Source: Candidatus Eiseniibacteriota bacterium
GTDB taxonomy: Bacteria; Eisenbacteria; RBG-16-71-46
DNA: 64,000 bases
Reading direction: 5' to 3'
NCBI GenBank assembly: GCA_963776245.1
Contig: CAVZLN010000003.1
Coordinates: forward strand, 576,001-640,000
Made by a program: the position numbers and the translations under genes. The notes under the pieces are model-generated. The model was not told where the DNA came from, did no database searches, and saw only the letters and a program-made list of their open reading frames with translations. Below, in pieces: positions 61,392 to 64,000 of the stretch. Numbering within the stretch: the stretch's first letter is position 1; the number at the start of each line of letters is the position of its first letter.

Positions 61392-62360
61392 ATGGGCGGC
61401 ACCGACCCCATCGAACCGTTCGAGACGTTCGAGACCGACGAGACCCGCGCGGCCGCCGAACTGGCGCGCGCCGCGGCCGTCCGCGCCGAGCGCCCGGACT
61501 GGCTGGTGGGCGCCGACGCAGGGGTGGAGGCGGAGCGCGAGCGGCGCGAACGCGAGGCGAGCGCGCCCCTCGAGGCCCCGACCCTGCGCCGGCCCACCGC
61601 CCCGCTCGACGAGCGCGCGCCCGCCCGTCCGGCGGCCGCGCCGGTGCGGCTGGTCCAGGCGGCCCCGCCCCAGCAGGGCCCGCACCCTGCGCCCGAGAAG
61701 GCGGTGGCATGGACGGCGGCGGCGAGCAGTCTGCCGACGCTGCGGGTGCTCGCGGAAGGCACTCCCGCGACGAAGGCCGCGGCCGGAGCTTCGTCCTCGG
61801 CCGACGCGCGCCTCGGTCCCCGCGCGCCGCTGGCGGCGGTTCCCCGCCGGACTGCCGCCGCGCCCATGCTCGGCGAGGACGAGGACGGCGGATTCCCCGA
61901 CGACGCCGGTGCCGCGCCCGCGCCGAGAGCGGCCTCCGCGCCCCCCGAGGCCACCAGGGCGCCGCGCTCGGCGCCACCGCGCGAAGCGTGGTGGCTGGTC
62001 GCCCTCGACGCGCTCCGCAGCGAGCCCAAGGTGCAGATCCTCGCGGGGCTCGCGGTCGTGCTCGTCGCATTGCTGGTGTTCTGGCCGCACGGGGAGAGAA
62101 GCGTCGCACTCGGCGAGCTCCGTCGCCACCCACAGGGCTGGGACGGGCGCGTGGTGCGCGTGCGCGGGCAGGTCGGCGAGATCTTCTCGGTGGGAGGGGG
62201 CTACGCGTTCTACCTCCACCAGGGGCGCGACACCCTCGTGGTGTTCACCCGCTCGCGCACCCCGCGCGCGCGTGATCGGATCAGCGTCTCGGGCTCGATC
62301 ACGACCGGGTGGCTCGACGGCGTGCCCCGCCAGGCCCTGTTCGAGGACGCCGCACCCTAG
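61392..62360 (+). CDS. Hypothetical membrane protein (low-complexity N-terminus, one TM, C-terminal OB-fold-like domain)
   Basis: GGAGAGG RBS; TM ILAGLAVVLVALLVFW; GRVVRVRGQV...FYLHQG...ISVSG. Confidence 0.65.
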   Translation: MGGTDPIEPFETFETDETRAAAELARAAAVRAERPDWLVGADAGVEAERERREREASAPLEAPTLRRPTAPLDERAPARPAAAPVRLVQAAPPQQGPHPAPEKAVAWTAAASSLPTLRVLAEGTPATKAAAGASSSADARLGPRAPLAAVPRRTAAAPMLGEDEDGGFPDDAGAAPAPRAASAPPEATRAPRSAPPREAWWLVALDALRSEPKVQILAGLAVVLVALLVFWPHGERSVALGELRRHPQGWDGRVVRVRGQVGEIFSVGGGYAFYLHQGRDTLVVFTRSRTPRARDRISVSGSITTGWLDGVPRQALFEDAAP

Positions 62361-62745
62361 ATCGCCCTCGATCCCCGGCGTCCCGCGGGCGCGCTCCATC
62401 CGGAGCGCGCCCGCCGTGTCTTCGGGGAGCGACGCGCTGGCGAGGCGCGGTCGCGACTGCCAACATCCGCTTGCCATTTAGGCATAGCGGGTGGCTGGAC
62501 GGGTCCGCGCGAGACCCCGATGCGGTTCTGTAAGACAATCCGATATAACGCGATAAGAGACTTCTCAAGGACGTGACCGCGGGCGCTCCCGATTGCGCTT
62601 GCGAGCGGCCGCCCGGCTGGCCTATGTTCCCGCGGCGATGAAGACGCGCGGCTCCCAGCCGGCTCGATCAGCGTCCAGCGCGACCAGGCATCATCCCATC
62701 CTTCAAACCGCGGCCGGACCCGGCCGTGCATCGAGGAGGAGCGAC

Positions 62746-63041
62746 ATGAACGTCAAGCCTCTTGCCGACCGCATCCTGGTTCGTCGCATCGAGGAGCAGG
62801 AGACGATGCGCGGCGGCATCATCATCCCCGACACCGCCAAGGAGAAGCCGCAGGAGGGCGAGGTCGTCGCCGTCGGCCCCGGCCGCAAGACCGAGGACGG
62901 CAAGCTCGTCGCCGATGGACCTCAAGAAGGGCGACCGCGATCCTGATCGGCAAGTACAGCGGCACCGACGTGAAGATCGACGGCGTCGAGTACGTGATCC
63001 TGCGCGAGGACGACGTCCTCGGCGTGCTCGCGGACAAGTAG
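62746..63041 (+). CDS. groES: Co-chaperonin GroES (apparent frameshift)
   Basis: [43 protein letters not shown]. Confidence 0.96.
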
Positions 63042-63108
63042 GCCACTCCCGGACCGCGCCGCGCGCGCGATCGCGCGCCGCGGCCCTATCCCTTCATCAG
63101 GAGGCGAC

Positions 63109-64000
63109 ATGGCAGCCAAGCAGTTGCTCTTCAGCGAGCAGGCCCGCGCCAGGAGATCCTGCGAGGGCGTCGAGACCCTGGCGAAGGCGGTCAAGGTCAC
63201 GCTCGGACCGCGCGGCCGCAACGTCGTGCTCGACAAGAAGTGGGGCTCGCCGACGGTGACCAAGGACGGCGTGACGGTCGCCAAGGAGATCGAGCTCGAG
63301 GATCCGTACCAGAACATGGGCGCGCAGATGGTGCGCGAGGTCGCGTCGAAGACGTCCGACGTCGCCGGTGACGGCACCACGACCGCGACCGTGCTGGCCG
63401 AGGCCATCTTCCGCGAAGGCCTCAAGAACGTCACCGCCGGCTCGTCGCCGATGGCGATCAAGCGCGGCATCGACAAGGCCGTCGAGACGGTCGTCGAGGA
63501 GCTCAAGAAGCTCAGCCGCACGGTGAAGGAGAACAAGGAGATCGAGCAGGTCGCGACCATCTCCGCGAACTCCGACAACGTCATCGGCAAGATGATCGCC
63601 GAGGCGATGGACAAGGTCGGCAAGGACGGCACGATCACCGTCGAAGAGGCCCGCTCGGTCGAGACGACGCTCGAGGTGGTCGAGGGCATGCAGTTCGACA
63701 AGGGCTACATCTCGCCCTACTTCGTGACCGAGAAGGAAGCCATGGAGGCCGTCATCGAGGACGCGCTACATCCTGCTCTACGACAAGAAGCTCTCGAACA
63801 TGAAGGACCTGCTGCCGATCCTCGAGAAGATCGCGCAGCGCGGCAAGCCGCTGCTGATCATCGCCGAGGACGTCGAGGGCGAGGCGCTCGCGACGCTGGT
63901 CGTCAACAAGCTGCGCGGCACGCTCAACGTGTGCGCGGTGAAGGCGCCCGGCTTCGGTGACCGTCGCAAGGCCATGATGGAGGACATCGCGATCCTGACC
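63109..64000 (+). CDS. groEL: Chaperonin GroEL, N-terminal part (truncated; apparent frameshifts)
   Basis: [45 protein letters not shown]. Confidence 0.98.

Noticed and set aside
62530..62562. dif-like site (TTATATCGGAT arm on the minus strand)
   Set aside because: There is no matching XerC arm at 6-bp spacing, and the site is only ~20 kb from oriC.

Overview
This is a very GC-rich bacterial chromosome window that spans the replication origin. A diderm envelope and a FlgD-Ig/T9SS-like C-terminal domain suggest an FCB-group lineage such as Ca. Eisenbacteria, but that is inference only. From left to right it holds: (1) a partial sensor kinase, a Cys/Met/His-rich exported protein and envelope/housekeeping genes (AsmA, eda, TSP3-OmpA, M20 and M16 peptidases, ogt, thiL, MFS, ArfB-like); (2) a ~15 kb minus-strand phosphate-starvation locus (phoB-phoR, exported beta-helix protein, TonB-dependent receptor, two unknown genes, phosphate porin, two pstS, pstCAB, phoU) with 11-bp-periodic pho-box-like repeats at three promoters; (3) an ABC pair with no binding protein, then oriC/dnaA-dnaN-dciA-gyrB-(unknown)-gyrA-rex with no adjacent recF or rpmH; (4) transport and redox genes, a degenerate NtrC-like regulator and groES-groEL (truncated). 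Frameshifts at ~44.9-48.8 kb and ~57.4-64 kb hit essential genes and are almost certainly sequencing errors. The best leads are the Pho-linked TBDR/surface-protein module, an unexplained ~225-nt structured RNA candidate with its own sigma70-type promoter after corA, several apparent pseudoenzymes, and the Cys-rich exported protein. All family assignments come from motif recognition by eye; no database searches were run.
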